From the NCBI GenBank assembly GCA_963843575.1, contig CAWJKZ010000011.1, forward strand, positions 1-64,000: a stretch of 64,000 nt of DNA, read 5' to 3'. Below the pieces are notes generated by a model. The model was not told the origin of the DNA and did not search any database. It saw nothing but the letters and a program-made list of their open reading frames with translations. Positions within the stretch are counted from its first letter, which is position 1. Each line of letters begins with the position of its first letter. The translations under genes and the position numbers were made by a program. Shown piece by piece: positions 31,580 to 42,504 of this stretch. Source of the DNA: an uncultured Acidobacteriota bacterium. Its GTDB lineage: Bacteria > Acidobacteriota > UBA6911.

Positions 31580-31794
31580 GTTGGTGAGATCTTAGCACGC
31601 CTGAACTCGAAACGTATCGGCATGGGCCGTGGCGCGCGACCTCGGCCCCCAGCGTAAGATCGGCTGGGAGCGGGCCCCCGGCGACCTGCCCGGGCTCCAC
31701 TCGCCATTGCCTGACAATCGGGATCGAAATTCCTATAATATTTTTTCCCTCTCCCCTTAGCCCCCAGTGAGTGATCATCAAGGAGAACAATGCT

Positions 31795-31984
31795 ATGATT
31801 TGGCAATCCCTGACTTACCTCAAGGCTCGTTTTTGGATCTTTGGGCGACGAGTCCGGTCAGACCATCGTTGAGTACGTGTTGCTGATCGTGCTGGTGGCT
31901 TTAGCCGTCTTTTTCTCCAGCCCGACAATCACGAGCGCCGTCCTGGGCGTCTTTACCAAGACCTCCAGCGTACTGGGACAGTAA
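31795..31984 (+). CDS. flp: Flp pilin copy 1; +1 frameshift in a T5 run at 31830-31834
   Basis: AAGGAG RBS and ATG 31795. Removing one T gives MIWQSLTYLKARFGSLGDESG|QTIVEYVLLIVLVALAVFFSSPTITSAVLGVFTKTSSVLGQ, colinear with copy 2. Confidence 0.85.
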
Positions 31985-32379
31985 TCGGTTCTTCGCGCTG
32001 GAGCAAGGCGGCGGGATAGCTGAAGAGACTGCTCCGCTCGACATCTGCCAGGGAAGCCGGCCCCCCCCACAACGCTCCTGCCTCTGTTACCTCAAAAATG
32101 GCACGCTCCAGTTCCGCAGGGTTCAGCACACTTTGCGCGGCCGGGGCGTGTGTCCTGTCGTCACCCCCCACCGTGCAGTCGTGCTTTAAATAATTCTACA
32201 AGGTTTGCAGCCGCAGGCCGATATGGTCGCCGAGTGGGCTGTCAGGCGATTCCTTAACAATTGTTTACCTCGTTTTGACAAGCAGTTTGATCGTTTCTCG
32301 TACGATTTAGGCAGCACAGGAGCATTTTCAGGCGAACGAACTGCCGCACGGTGCGGCGTATATAACAAGGAGAAGTCGG

Positions 32380-32568
32380 ATGCTGGCTCAATGGTACAAC
32401 TATTTGAAAGTCCGGATGCAGACTTCAAAAAACGAATCCGGGCAGACCATCGTCGAGTATGTGTTGTTGATCGTCCTGGTGGCACTGGCCGTGTTTTTCG
32501 CCAGTCCCTCCATAACGAGCGCCGTCCTGGGGGTGTTTACCAAGACCTCCAGCGTTTTGGCAAAGTAG
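32380..32568 (+). CDS. flp: Flp pilin copy 2
   Basis: 62 aa; ESG|QTIVEY Flp motif and hydrophobic helix; AAGGAG RBS. Confidence 0.92.
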   Translation: MLAQWYNYLKVRMQTSKNESGQTIVEYVLLIVLVALAVFFASPSITSAVLGVFTKTSSVLAK

Positions 32569-32584
32569 TAAGCCCGGGAGAAAT

Positions 32585-32633
32585 TGAAGGGGTGGTAGCC
32601 CCTGAGGTCCGCCCCCCTTCTGCCGCCCCTTCA
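32585..32633 (+). terminator. Stem-loop after flp (attenuator or mRNA-stabilising hairpin)
   Basis: TGAAGGGGTGGTAG pairs with CTGCCGCCCCTTCA (two G-U pairs); no strong U-tract. Confidence 0.5.
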
Positions 32634-32987
32634 TTCCCGGTTGGATTTCCGATACCGATTTATTAAAAGTTGCTTTGCTGGCGAGCGGGGAGATAGAATC
32701 CGCTTCGATCCCCGCTGCCTGGGTGTGACGAGAACCACTCGAACGTCGACGGCTCGGCTGCCTCAAGCAAGTTTCACGACGTGCACTCGCCCTGACAGCT
32801 GACAGTGGACCGGCCGCGGCAGGAAGTTTGTGATCCGATCCAGTGGGTCGAAAAATGCAGGGCTGTGACATCGCTCCGGCAGAAACTTCGCTCCTGCCCT
32901 TTCCTAGGTCGCTAGGTCCACCTCTGCCAATTAGAGTGCTTACTCCTGTTATGGGCGCCGAGTTCCCCCGGTGCCAGGGATGCGATT

Positions 32988-33944
32988 ATGAATCGAAATC
33001 GGATGATGGTGTTGGCGGTCATAGCGCTGATTCTCAGTGGGGGCGTAACTTATCTTGCGTATCGCCTGATACAGACGCGCCTTCAACCGGTGAGCCAGAC
33101 CGTTCAAATCGTCGTGGCGGCGGAGAAGCTCCCCCTGGGAACTCGGTTGACCGAGAAACAGGTGAAGCTATCGCCGTGGCCCAAGGCTAACCCGCTCGAG
33201 GGTAGTTTCCCTGAGCCGTCCCAGGTATTGGACCGGGGCGTGATGGTCGAGTTGCTCCCCAACGAGCCGATACTCGAGTCTAAACTCGCACCCAAAGAAG
33301 CCGGGGCGGGGCTGGCGGTTGCGATCCCGGAAGGGATGCGCGCCATCTCCATCCAGGTCAACGCCATTATCGGCGTCACGGGATTCGTTCAGCCCGGGTC
33401 CCGGGTAGACTTGATCCTCACCACCAGTCCCCCAAAGAGCCTTGCCAAGAACCTTGGCAAGAAAGGGACGGTCAGGAATGTCAAAGGTTCGCCGGACGAT
33501 GAGATGGGCTCGAAGATCATCCTGGAGAACCTGCAGGTCCTCGCCGTGGGTCAGAACGTGCAGCGCGACGTGGAGGGGAAGCCCCAGACAGTACAGGAAG
33601 TCACGCTGCTCGTAACCCCGGAGCAGGCCTCAAAGATCGCCCTCGCGACGGGCGACGGACGCATCCAGCTGGCGCTCCGGCATCCACTCGACCGGACGAC
33701 CGTGGATCCGCCTCTGGTTTACAGGTCGGCTCTCTATGAAGGCTCGAAACCGGAAGCAGCTCCACAGGAAGCCGAGCAGCCGGTAGTCCAGAACAGGCGG
33801 CCTCCCGTCAAAGTGCTGCAGGCCCCGCCTCCCCCACCCGCTCCGCCGCCTCCCCGTGTAGTGGCCGTCGAACTGATCCAGGGAGTCAAGCGGGCAACCG
33901 AGACGTTTCAGGAGAAGGACGCGCTTCAGGAGAAAAAACCGTAA
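32988..33944 (+). CDS. cpaB: Flp pilus assembly protein CpaB/RcpC
   Basis: SAF domain, IPEGMRAISI.V, GFVQPGSRVD, LENLQVLAVGQ, VTLLVTPEQA. Confidence 0.93.
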   Translation: MNRNRMMVLAVIALILSGGVTYLAYRLIQTRLQPVSQTVQIVVAAEKLPLGTRLTEKQVKLSPWPKANPLEGSFPEPSQVLDRGVMVELLPNEPILESKLAPKEAGAGLAVAIPEGMRAISIQVNAIIGVTGFVQPGSRVDLILTTSPPKSLAKNLGKKGTVRNVKGSPDDEMGSKIILENLQVLAVGQNVQRDVEGKPQTVQEVTLLVTPEQASKIALATGDGRIQLALRHPLDRTTVDPPLVYRSALYEGSKPEAAPQEAEQPVVQNRRPPVKVLQAPPPPPAPPPPRVVAVELIQGVKRATETFQEKDALQEKKP

Positions 33945-34001
33945 GAAGGAGTGAGAGGCGGTTGTGCAGGCCATCTGTTACCTCAGCCATGGGATAATTA
34001 A

Positions 34002-35435
34002 ATGATACGGAAAGCCGCGATAATTGCACCGCTCCTGATCATCCTGCAGGCTCCAGGGTTCTTGGCAGCCGCAGTAACATCGGATTCGCTGGACGCCGCC
34101 GTGCGAACTGCGGAACCGCTTCAGTCTCAGCAGCTTCCACTACCGGCATCCGGCAGCGAGGACGTCCTGCGCGTATTCGAGGGAAAATCCCTGGTCGTGA
34201 ACTCACCCGATGTGCTCAAGCGCGTTTCGGTCACGAACGACCAGATCGCGACCGCCATCGTCGTGTCGCCGAACCAGGTCCTGATCCACGGGCTCAAGAT
34301 CGGGACAGTGTCGCTGCTCCTGTGGAACGATCAGGAGCAGATGCGGGCCTTTGAATTGCAGGTGCTGCAGAATGTTTTCGACTTGGGGGAGCTCAGAGCG
34401 ACACTGGCTAGAGTTCTCCCGGGTGAGAACATCGAGTTGAGTCAATCGGGTGCGTCGATCGTACTGACCGGTGTCGTGTCCTCGTCAGCGGTCGCAGAAC
34501 AGGCCGTGACAGTGGCCAAGACGGAAACCGCAAACGTCGTTAACCTGCTTGGTACGGAACGCGCGGACCAAGTCGTTTTACTTCAGGTGAAGTTTGCGGA
34601 AGTGGACAGGAATGCCGTACAGCAGCTCGGGGCGAACATTATCAGCACAGGAACGCTCAATACGCCTGGGGTCATTTCGACACAACAATTCAGCCCCCCC
34701 GGTGCCACAGACGTAGCTGGAGCCATCGGCGCGCCGACGCAAGGGTTTTCGTCGAGTTTCCGGCTGACTGACATCCTCAATGTTTTCGTCTTCCGTCCCG
34801 ACCTAAACCTCGGACTGATGATCAAAGCCTTGCAGCAGCAGAGCTTGCTGCAGATCCTGGCGGAGCCCAACCTGCTGGCTTTGGCCGGCAAGGAGGCGTC
34901 TTTCCTCGCTGGGGGCGAGTTCCCCGTGCCTATCATCCAGGGATCGACCGGCACGCCCGTGGTGACGGTCCAGTTCAAGGAATTCGGCGTGCGCCTCAAG
35001 TTCCTCGCGGAACCGAACCGGGATGGGACGATTCGCTTGAAGGTCATGCCGGAGGTCAGCTCGCTCGATTTCAACAATGCTGTGACGCTCTCCGGATTTG
35101 TTATACCTGCGCTTTCGACGCGGCGCGCCGAGACCGAGGTTCTGCTGCGGGACGGCCAGAGTTTTGCCGTAGCGGGGCTCCTGGACAATAGAGTCAACAA
35201 GATCAACAGCAAGATACCATGGCTCGGCGACGTTCCTTTTCTGGGAAAGCTCTTTCAGAGCAGTGAATTCCGAAAGTCCAACTCGGAATTGCTGGTGATG
35301 GTGACACCCAAGCTTGTGAAGCCTTTGGAGCCGGGACAGACGGCGCCAACACCCGCATTTCCGGTGCCGTTTCTGGACACAGGCAAGTTTGACGGCAAGC
35401 TGGGAGAAGCCCCACGTTCCGAGAAGCGCCCTTGA
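34002..35435 (+). CDS. cpaC: Tad secretin CpaC/RcpA
   Basis: QVLLQVKFAEV, LAEPNL, ASFLAGGEFPVP, FKEFGVRL, IPWLGDVPFLGKLF. Confidence 0.93.
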   Translation: MIRKAAIIAPLLIILQAPGFLAAAVTSDSLDAAVRTAEPLQSQQLPLPASGSEDVLRVFEGKSLVVNSPDVLKRVSVTNDQIATAIVVSPNQVLIHGLKIGTVSLLLWNDQEQMRAFELQVLQNVFDLGELRATLARVLPGENIELSQSGASIVLTGVVSSSAVAEQAVTVAKTETANVVNLLGTERADQVVLLQVKFAEVDRNAVQQLGANIISTGTLNTPGVISTQQFSPPGATDVAGAIGAPTQGFSSSFRLTDILNVFVFRPDLNLGLMIKALQQQSLLQILAEPNLLALAGKEASFLAGGEFPVPIIQGSTGTPVVTVQFKEFGVRLKFLAEPNRDGTIRLKVMPEVSSLDFNNAVTLSGFVIPALSTRRAETEVLLRDGQSFAVAGLLDNRVNKINSKIPWLGDVPFLGKLFQSSEFRKSNSELLVMVTPKLVKPLEPGQTAPTPAFPVPFLDTGKFDGKLGEAPRSEKRP

Positions 35436-35564
35436 GCGGCAGGTCGGCGTTTGGAAGCCGCCAAACGGTTTGACAGAGGATTCGCAGCACGAGGCAGGTC
35501 GGGACCGAAACTCGAGGCCAGGGGGCCTGTCCGAACCGGTCGTTCTACCTTACGGGTGATTGGT

Positions 35565-36749
35565 ATGACCCAACCGCAGATCACAGTTGCATTGATCGCG
35601 CCCTCCGCCGAAATTCGCGACTCGCTGACGCGTCAGATCGAAGCGACGCAGCTGGCGACGACAAAGACGGCCATCGATACGTACTGCGCCGTCGAAGATG
35701 ACTACTCTACCCAGACCATAATCGAGGCGCGCCCGGATCTCATCATCGTCGATCTGCAAGATCAGAAGGCGGGGATCAAGTCGATCTTCGTGTTGCACGC
35801 GGTGCTGCCGGAGGTGTGGATCAGCGCGAGCTGCGCTTCGAACGACCCGCAGTTGATCATCGAAGCCATGCAGGCCGGGGCGCGCGAGTTCCTGCCGCGG
35901 CCTGTGTCGGCCCGCACCCTGAGCCTGGCGTTCGGCCGCTTCCTGGATGAAAAACAGCGGCACCGCGCCGAAAGGACTCGCGGGAAGCTATATTGCGTGA
36001 CGGCCGCCAAGGGAGGTTCGGGGGCGACGTCGGTCGCCACGAACCTGGCGATCACGGTGGCGGAAATGCCCGATACCCGTGTCGCCCTGGTCGATCTGAA
36101 CAGCCCCGTTGGCGACGTGGCGGCGTACCTGAATGTGAAGGCTCAATACACGGTTTCCGATGCTCTGGCGGCGGCGCCGCGTCTCGATCCCGTGCTCCTG
36201 GATACCTTCATGAGCAAGGCGCACGGTATCTCTCTGCTGGCTGGACCCAAGAAGTACCAGCCCGGTCCCGGCGCCGGCTCTCCCGCCCTGGCGAAGCTAC
36301 TTCGTGTCGTCGCCCAGACCTTCACGCACGTATTTATCGATGTGCCGTCGTCGTTCGAACAGGACTACCTCCAGGTGGTTACGGACATGAGCGAGGCGGT
36401 GCTCGTCGTACTGACGCCTGAACTACCTGCGCTCTGGAGGACTCACCGCCTCGTACTGTTCCTCTCAGGCGCCGGTTGTGCGGACCGCCTGCGCCTCATC
36501 GTCAACCGGGACAGCAGGCGTTACGAACTGAGCGAACGCGAGATTACCAGGATCCTAAGTCATCCGATCTACTGGAGACTTCCCAACAACTACGGATCCG
36601 CCATCCAGGCCATCAACAGCGGCAAACCGATCGTGGCCGTGAATCACTCTGGCCTGTCGAAGAGTTATCAGCGGCTTGCGCACCACCTGACCGGCATGGC
36701 GGTGCCGACGAAACGGCGCGGCCTGATGGGTCTATTCCGAGGTAAGTAA
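35565..36749 (+). CDS. cpaE: CpaE/TadZ receiver-like plus MinD-like ATPase
   Basis: [10 protein letters not shown] pseudo-receiver; AKGGSGAT deviant Walker A. Confidence 0.9.
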   Translation: MTQPQITVALIAPSAEIRDSLTRQIEATQLATTKTAIDTYCAVEDDYSTQTIIEARPDLIIVDLQDQKAGIKSIFVLHAVLPEVWISASCASNDPQLIIEAMQAGAREFLPRPVSARTLSLAFGRFLDEKQRHRAERTRGKLYCVTAAKGGSGATSVATNLAITVAEMPDTRVALVDLNSPVGDVAAYLNVKAQYTVSDALAAAPRLDPVLLDTFMSKAHGISLLAGPKKYQPGPGAGSPALAKLLRVVAQTFTHVFIDVPSSFEQDYLQVVTDMSEAVLVVLTPELPALWRTHRLVLFLSGAGCADRLRLIVNRDSRRYELSEREITRILSHPIYWRLPNNYGSAIQAINSGKPIVAVNHSGLSKSYQRLAHHLTGMAVPTKRRGLMGLFRGK

Positions 36750-36751
36750 GA

Positions 36752-38038
<1,287 letters not shown>

Positions 38039-38057
38039 GTTTCGTTGAGAGGCGCCC

Positions 38058-39032
38058 GTGAATCTCTATGTTCTAATTCTCCTGATATTTCTCGTGACGC
38101 TCGCGCTCTTGATCAGCGGTCTGTATTTTGTGATAGAAGCGCCGGCCGAGAAGAAGAAGCTGCGGGCTCGAATTCTCTCGACCCAGGACCTGATCAGCCT
38201 CGACTCCGACAACCGCGAAACACAGCTTCTGCGCTCGGAACTGCTCAGCAACGTGCCGCTCTTCAACCAGCTGCTGGCCGGCCTCCCAGGGGTGGAACGC
38301 ATCAGCCTTTTTATCCAGCAATCGGCCATGGAAATTACGGTTGGGATGCTGGTGTTCCTCTCGTTGCTGCTCGCATTGTTTGTGTTTTTGGCGGCGCTCC
38401 TGGCGAACCTGCCCGTGCTCCTGGCTGCCCTGCTCGGGACCATCGGCGGGTCGATTCCGACGCTAGTCATCGCGGTGAAACGGCAAAGACGATTTATGCG
38501 GTTCGAGGAGATTTTCCCCGACGCGATCGACCTTTTGGCCCGCGCGGTCCGGGCGGGCCACGCCTTCACGACCGGCCTCGATATCATCAGTAAGGAGCTT
38601 CCGTCCCCTGTCTCGGACGAATTCCGGCGCACCTACGAGCAGCAGAATCTGGGGTTGCCCCTGCGCGACTCTTTCCTGAACCTGTCCCGGCGCATGCCCC
38701 TTACGGACGTGCGTATCTTCGTAACCGCCCTGACTATCCAGCGTGAGACCGGGGGCAACCTGGCCGAGATTCTCGACAATTTGTCGCGCATCATCCGCGA
38801 GCGCTTCAAACTGATGCGACAGATCCGCACCCACACCGCCCAGGGCAGGCTTTCAATGTATATGCTCGTTGCCATCCCGCCGCTGATGGGGCTGGCGCTA
38901 TTTATTCTGAATCGCGAGTACATCATGCGCCTCTTTACGGATCCCCTAGGCCTCAAATTCCTCACCGTCGGGGTGATCATGCAAGTCATTGGATATTTCG
39001 TAATCCGAAAGGTCATTCAGCCGCGGTTTTAG
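38058..39032 (+). CDS. tadB: TadB platform protein
   Basis: FPDAIDLLARAVRAGH, IQRETGGNLAEIL, TAQGRLS. Confidence 0.93.
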   Translation: MNLYVLILLIFLVTLALLISGLYFVIEAPAEKKKLRARILSTQDLISLDSDNRETQLLRSELLSNVPLFNQLLAGLPGVERISLFIQQSAMEITVGMLVFLSLLLALFVFLAALLANLPVLLAALLGTIGGSIPTLVIAVKRQRRFMRFEEIFPDAIDLLARAVRAGHAFTTGLDIISKELPSPVSDEFRRTYEQQNLGLPLRDSFLNLSRRMPLTDVRIFVTALTIQRETGGNLAEILDNLSRIIRERFKLMRQIRTHTAQGRLSMYMLVAIPPLMGLALFILNREYIMRLFTDPLGLKFLTVGVIMQVIGYFVIRKVIQPRF

Positions 39033-39041
39033 GAGAAAGTC

Positions 39042-39953
39042 ATGGATCTAACCGTCATTCTCGCCGTCCTGGGAGCCTTGCTCTTCCTGACGGTGTTCAG
39101 CCTGGGTTATAGCCTGCTGGCTGGACCTCAAAATCTCGGTCGGAGGGTCAGCGACGCGGAAACGACACCCTCACGGTTCGACTGGCTGCGGGTGATCAGG
39201 AGTTCCGAAAAGGTCTTTAAACCCCTGGGCGGGATGATACCGCGCTCACCGGAAGAAATGTCCAGGCAGGAGCAGCGATTTGTCCGCGCGGGCATCCGGC
39301 GGCGGGATGCACCCCTGCTGTTCTACGGCATTAAAATCGTGCTGGCTGTTCTGCTGCTCGTTGTGTTCGTGGCGTTGGGTTATTTCCGGACAAATCCGGT
39401 TCTCTTCCTGCTGCTCCCGATATTGCTGGGAGCGATGGTTCCGGATCTCTGGTTGAACCATGCTATCAGGAGCCGCAAGGACCGGTTGCAGATGGCGCTG
39501 CCGGACATGCTGGACTTGGCCGTGGTTTGCGTGGAGGCGGGCCTGGGGATGGACCAGTCTCTCATGCGCATCGGGCAGGAACTGAACACGATGTACCCGG
39601 ACCTGAGCGAGGAATTGAATCTCTATAGCCTGGAGGTGAACGCCGGCAGAAAGCGGGCCGAAGCCCTCCGCAACCTCGGGGCTCGAACGGACGTCGATGA
39701 TCTGAAGTCCTTTGTCGCGGTCCTCATCCAGACCGATCGTTTCGGCACCAGCGTCGCCCAGTCGCTCCGCGTCTTCTCGGAAACGCTTCGCACCAAACGC
39801 CGGCAGCGTGCGGAAGAGCACGCGGCCAAGATGAGCATAAAAATGCTTCCCCCGCTGGTGTTCTTCATCTTCCCGGCCATCCTTATTGTGATCCTCGGCC
39901 CGGCGGTCATCGCAATTATCCGGATATTGCTTCCCGGTCTTTCAGGCAGGTAG
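39042..39953 (+). CDS. tadC: TadC platform protein
   Basis: LPDMLDL..VCVEAGLG, QTDRFGTSVA..LR, RAEEHAAK...K..PL.FFIFP. Confidence 0.93.
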   Translation: MDLTVILAVLGALLFLTVFSLGYSLLAGPQNLGRRVSDAETTPSRFDWLRVIRSSEKVFKPLGGMIPRSPEEMSRQEQRFVRAGIRRRDAPLLFYGIKIVLAVLLLVVFVALGYFRTNPVLFLLLPILLGAMVPDLWLNHAIRSRKDRLQMALPDMLDLAVVCVEAGLGMDQSLMRIGQELNTMYPDLSEELNLYSLEVNAGRKRAEALRNLGARTDVDDLKSFVAVLIQTDRFGTSVAQSLRVFSETLRTKRRQRAEEHAAKMSIKMLPPLVFFIFPAILIVILGPAVIAIIRILLPGLSGR

Positions 39954-39979
39954 TAGACAGACAGCAAAGGAGAGCTGTA

Positions 39980-40078
39980 ATGGATACAGTCACAACTGCT
40001 CGAGTCGTCGCGGCCGTTCTGTTCGTTGTCGTGCTCGCCATCCTGATCATGCGACTCCGCGGCCAGAAAAAATCGTGA
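39980..40078 (+). CDS. Small single-TM peptide (32 aa) in tad operon
   Basis: AAGGAG RBS; MDTVTTARVVAAVLFVVVLAILIMRLRGQKKS; its stop overlaps the next start codon (GTGA). Confidence 0.65.
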   Translation: MDTVTTARVVAAVLFVVVLAILIMRLRGQKKS

Positions 40079-40443
40079 CCGGCTTCGCCGCGTTCAACCG
40101 CACCAGACGCGTGCTGGTTGCGGCCGACGTGGAAGTTGCCCGTACAGTGTGGAAGCGTGTGAGAGGCCTGATGGGCCGGGCAGCCAGGGATTTTCCCGAA
40201 GGGAAGGGGTTCTGGATCGTCCCCTCCGAAGGGATACACACGCTGGGCATGAGGTTTCCTATCGATGTCTGTTACCTCGATAGGAATGGGCAAATTGTAA
40301 GAGCGTATCACCGTTTGCGCCCCTTCAGATTTGCAGCTGTCCTGTGGCGGGCGCACAGCGTCCTGGAATTGCCGGCGGGGGTGCTCCTGCGCACCTCCAC
40401 CGAGGTTGGCGACACACTGGAAATCAAACCGATCGTGACCTAG
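40075..40443 (+). CDS. DUF192 family protein
   Basis: VEVART.WKR.RGLMGR, IHTLGMRFPIDV, SVLELPAG. Confidence 0.88.
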   Translation: MTGFAAFNRTRRVLVAADVEVARTVWKRVRGLMGRAARDFPEGKGFWIVPSEGIHTLGMRFPIDVCYLDRNGQIVRAYHRLRPFRFAAVLWRAHSVLELPAGVLLRTSTEVGDTLEIKPIVT

Positions 40444-40457
40444 GCGGAGGGGATGAA

Positions 40458-41693
40458 GTGCGACACCGGATCCGGGTTGCGGCTGGCATCTGCCTGCTTG
40501 CCTTGGCCGGTCACGGGTGCCTGAAACGCACCCAACCGGTACCGAACTCAAGCACGCGGACTGCCAATCCTCCGTCGGATACCGATTCCGCCCGCACTGT
40601 TCTGAAGATATCCAGCGGCCCGCCGGTGGACCACGATGCTGCGCTCGCTGGCCTGTACCAGCGCGAACCCAGACTCCTGGAGCTGGCAGGGCGGCTCGAG
40701 GCCAATCCGGCGGACACCGAGGCGATGCAGACCCTGGCCGAGGCCTACTTGCGGGATCAGTTGTACCTCCAGGCACAGAGGCTCTTCCAGCGGCGGCAAC
40801 TGATCGAACCGGATAATGCCGCGCCGTATCTGGGCCTCGCATCAGTCTGGGACGCCATGGGCGACTGGGATGTGGCGTTGGAGCAAGCGAAGCGGGCGGT
40901 CGCCCTGGAACCGAAGTCCCCGCAGTCTCTTGAACTCCTCGGGCGGATTCAACTGCACCGGAAGGAGTACGACGCGGCGCTCTCGTCCTTCCGGGCTGCG
41001 CTCGAGATAGCTCCCGGGAGCGGCGCGCTTCACGCCAACACCGGTTACGTCCACATGCTCCGATCCGAATGGGAAGCCGCCCGGCCTTACCTGCAACGGG
41101 CAGTCGAGATCGACGGCTCCGTGCCCGAAACGCGTAACAATCTAGGCGTCGTTCTCGGCCGGCTCGGAGACGCCGAAGGGGCCCTGGGCCAGTTCCGGGC
41201 CGTGAGCGACGAGGCTTCTGCCCACAATAACCTGGGCGCGGTTTACCTCTCAATGCGGGATTGGGCCAAGGCACAGGAGGAGTTCCGCAAGGCCCTTGCC
41301 TGCAACCCGCAACATGCGAAGGCCCGGTCGAACCTGCAGGAGGCGGGTTCCCATCTCCCCACAAGGCCCGCACCCTCGCCGCCGGCCCACGTGGCTACGT
41401 CCTCCGGGTACTCGATCCAGGTTTTTGCCCTGCGGGACGAAAGCACGGCACGCTCCGCGGCCAAAGCGTTGGAGAAGGCGGGCGTAGTGACGACCGTGGA
41501 ACGAACGGACCTTGACGAGGGCACCTGGTACCGTGGCAGGGTGTATGGGTACGAAACCCTCAGCTCGGCTCTGAAGACGGCGAAGAAGCTGTCCATGGCC
41601 GGCTTGATCAAAAAATATTGGATCGTTCCTCCGGATGAGAAATCAACGGTTGGCTCTTCGAGACCCTCAGAGTCCTCAGAGCCTTCGAGGTGA
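40458..41693 (+). CDS. TPR-repeat protein with C-terminal SPOR domain, probable lipoprotein (TadD-like)
   Basis: Signal peptide ending in Cys (LLALAGHGC); TPRs (HANTG, RNNLG, HNNLG); SPOR-like YSIQVFA...WYRGRV. Confidence 0.78.
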   Translation: MRHRIRVAAGICLLALAGHGCLKRTQPVPNSSTRTANPPSDTDSARTVLKISSGPPVDHDAALAGLYQREPRLLELAGRLEANPADTEAMQTLAEAYLRDQLYLQAQRLFQRRQLIEPDNAAPYLGLASVWDAMGDWDVALEQAKRAVALEPKSPQSLELLGRIQLHRKEYDAALSSFRAALEIAPGSGALHANTGYVHMLRSEWEAARPYLQRAVEIDGSVPETRNNLGVVLGRLGDAEGALGQFRAVSDEASAHNNLGAVYLSMRDWAKAQEEFRKALACNPQHAKARSNLQEAGSHLPTRPAPSPPAHVATSSGYSIQVFALRDESTARSAAKALEKAGVVTTVERTDLDEGTWYRGRVYGYETLSSALKTAKKLSMAGLIKKYWIVPPDEKSTVGSSRPSESSEPSR

Positions 41694-41731
41694 GTTTTGT
41701 ACGTATGTTCCATTACTGACAGGTGACTTCA

Positions 41732-42424
41732 ATGAGAATGGCTCGATTCCTAATCCCGTCGCTTGCACTGGTATTGCTGGCTTCCTCCGGTTACGCCCAG
41801 GAAAAGAAATACCGGTTCGAGCTATTTGGCGGCGCCAGCTACCCCATCAAGAAGGAATTCCTCATCGGCCACCCGCAATCGTCGACTCCCATCAAAGGAC
41901 AACATGAGTTCTCCGCAGACGCACTGGGGGGTCTGAGGGTCGGGATCGACGGACGCCGGTACTGGGGACAGGACTATTCCTACAGCTATGGCTCCAACGC
42001 CAGCCGCATCGTGACGCCTTTCGGTCGATTCGCTTTCACCAACCGCGTCCACCAGGTTTCCACCAATATCCTCTTCTACCCGTGGAGCCTCGACAACAGG
42101 CACCTGTTCCCTTATGTGACCGGCGGTTTGGGCGCCTCTTTTGTCACGATCTCCCAGGAGACCATCACGCAGGCCCTCGACCCGCTGCGCGCCGGCATCG
42201 GCGCCATGAAGAGCGAGACGATCTTTGCGTTTAACGCGGGCGCCGGGGTGCGCATCCGGTTGAACGACCGATTCGGCGTCAGGCTGGATGCCCGGGATTA
42301 CATGAGCAGGGCCCTGCGCTACGGGCTGCCCAAGACCTCCGACGACCCGAATGCCGCGATCCTGCCGGTCAGCGGAGTCTTTCACCAGCTCGTCGGCTCG
42401 TTCGGGCTGGTCATACACTTCTAA
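41732..42424 (+). CDS. Outer-membrane beta-barrel protein (OmpA-TM-like)
   Basis: Signal peptide, PYVTGGLG, FNAGAGV, VRLDARDY and C-terminal Phe. Confidence 0.8.
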   Translation: MRMARFLIPSLALVLLASSGYAQEKKYRFELFGGASYPIKKEFLIGHPQSSTPIKGQHEFSADALGGLRVGIDGRRYWGQDYSYSYGSNASRIVTPFGRFAFTNRVHQVSTNILFYPWSLDNRHLFPYVTGGLGASFVTISQETITQALDPLRAGIGAMKSETIFAFNAGAGVRIRLNDRFGVRLDARDYMSRALRYGLPKTSDDPNAAILPVSGVFHQLVGSFGLVIHF

Positions 42425-42504
42425 TACGGTGAAAGATCGTGCTGCATTCCTCCTGGATCACAAGGAGTTCGAACATGTGCCATCGGATCGGTCGGGGCAG
42501 ATCA

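Noticed and set aside
32275-32357. Sigma70 promoter (TTGACA...TACGAT) and palindrome GCCGCACGGTGCGGC upstream of flp2; riboswitch
   Set aside because: The hexamer spacing is 20 nt, the palindrome occurs once, and no c-di-GMP riboswitch consensus was recognisable.
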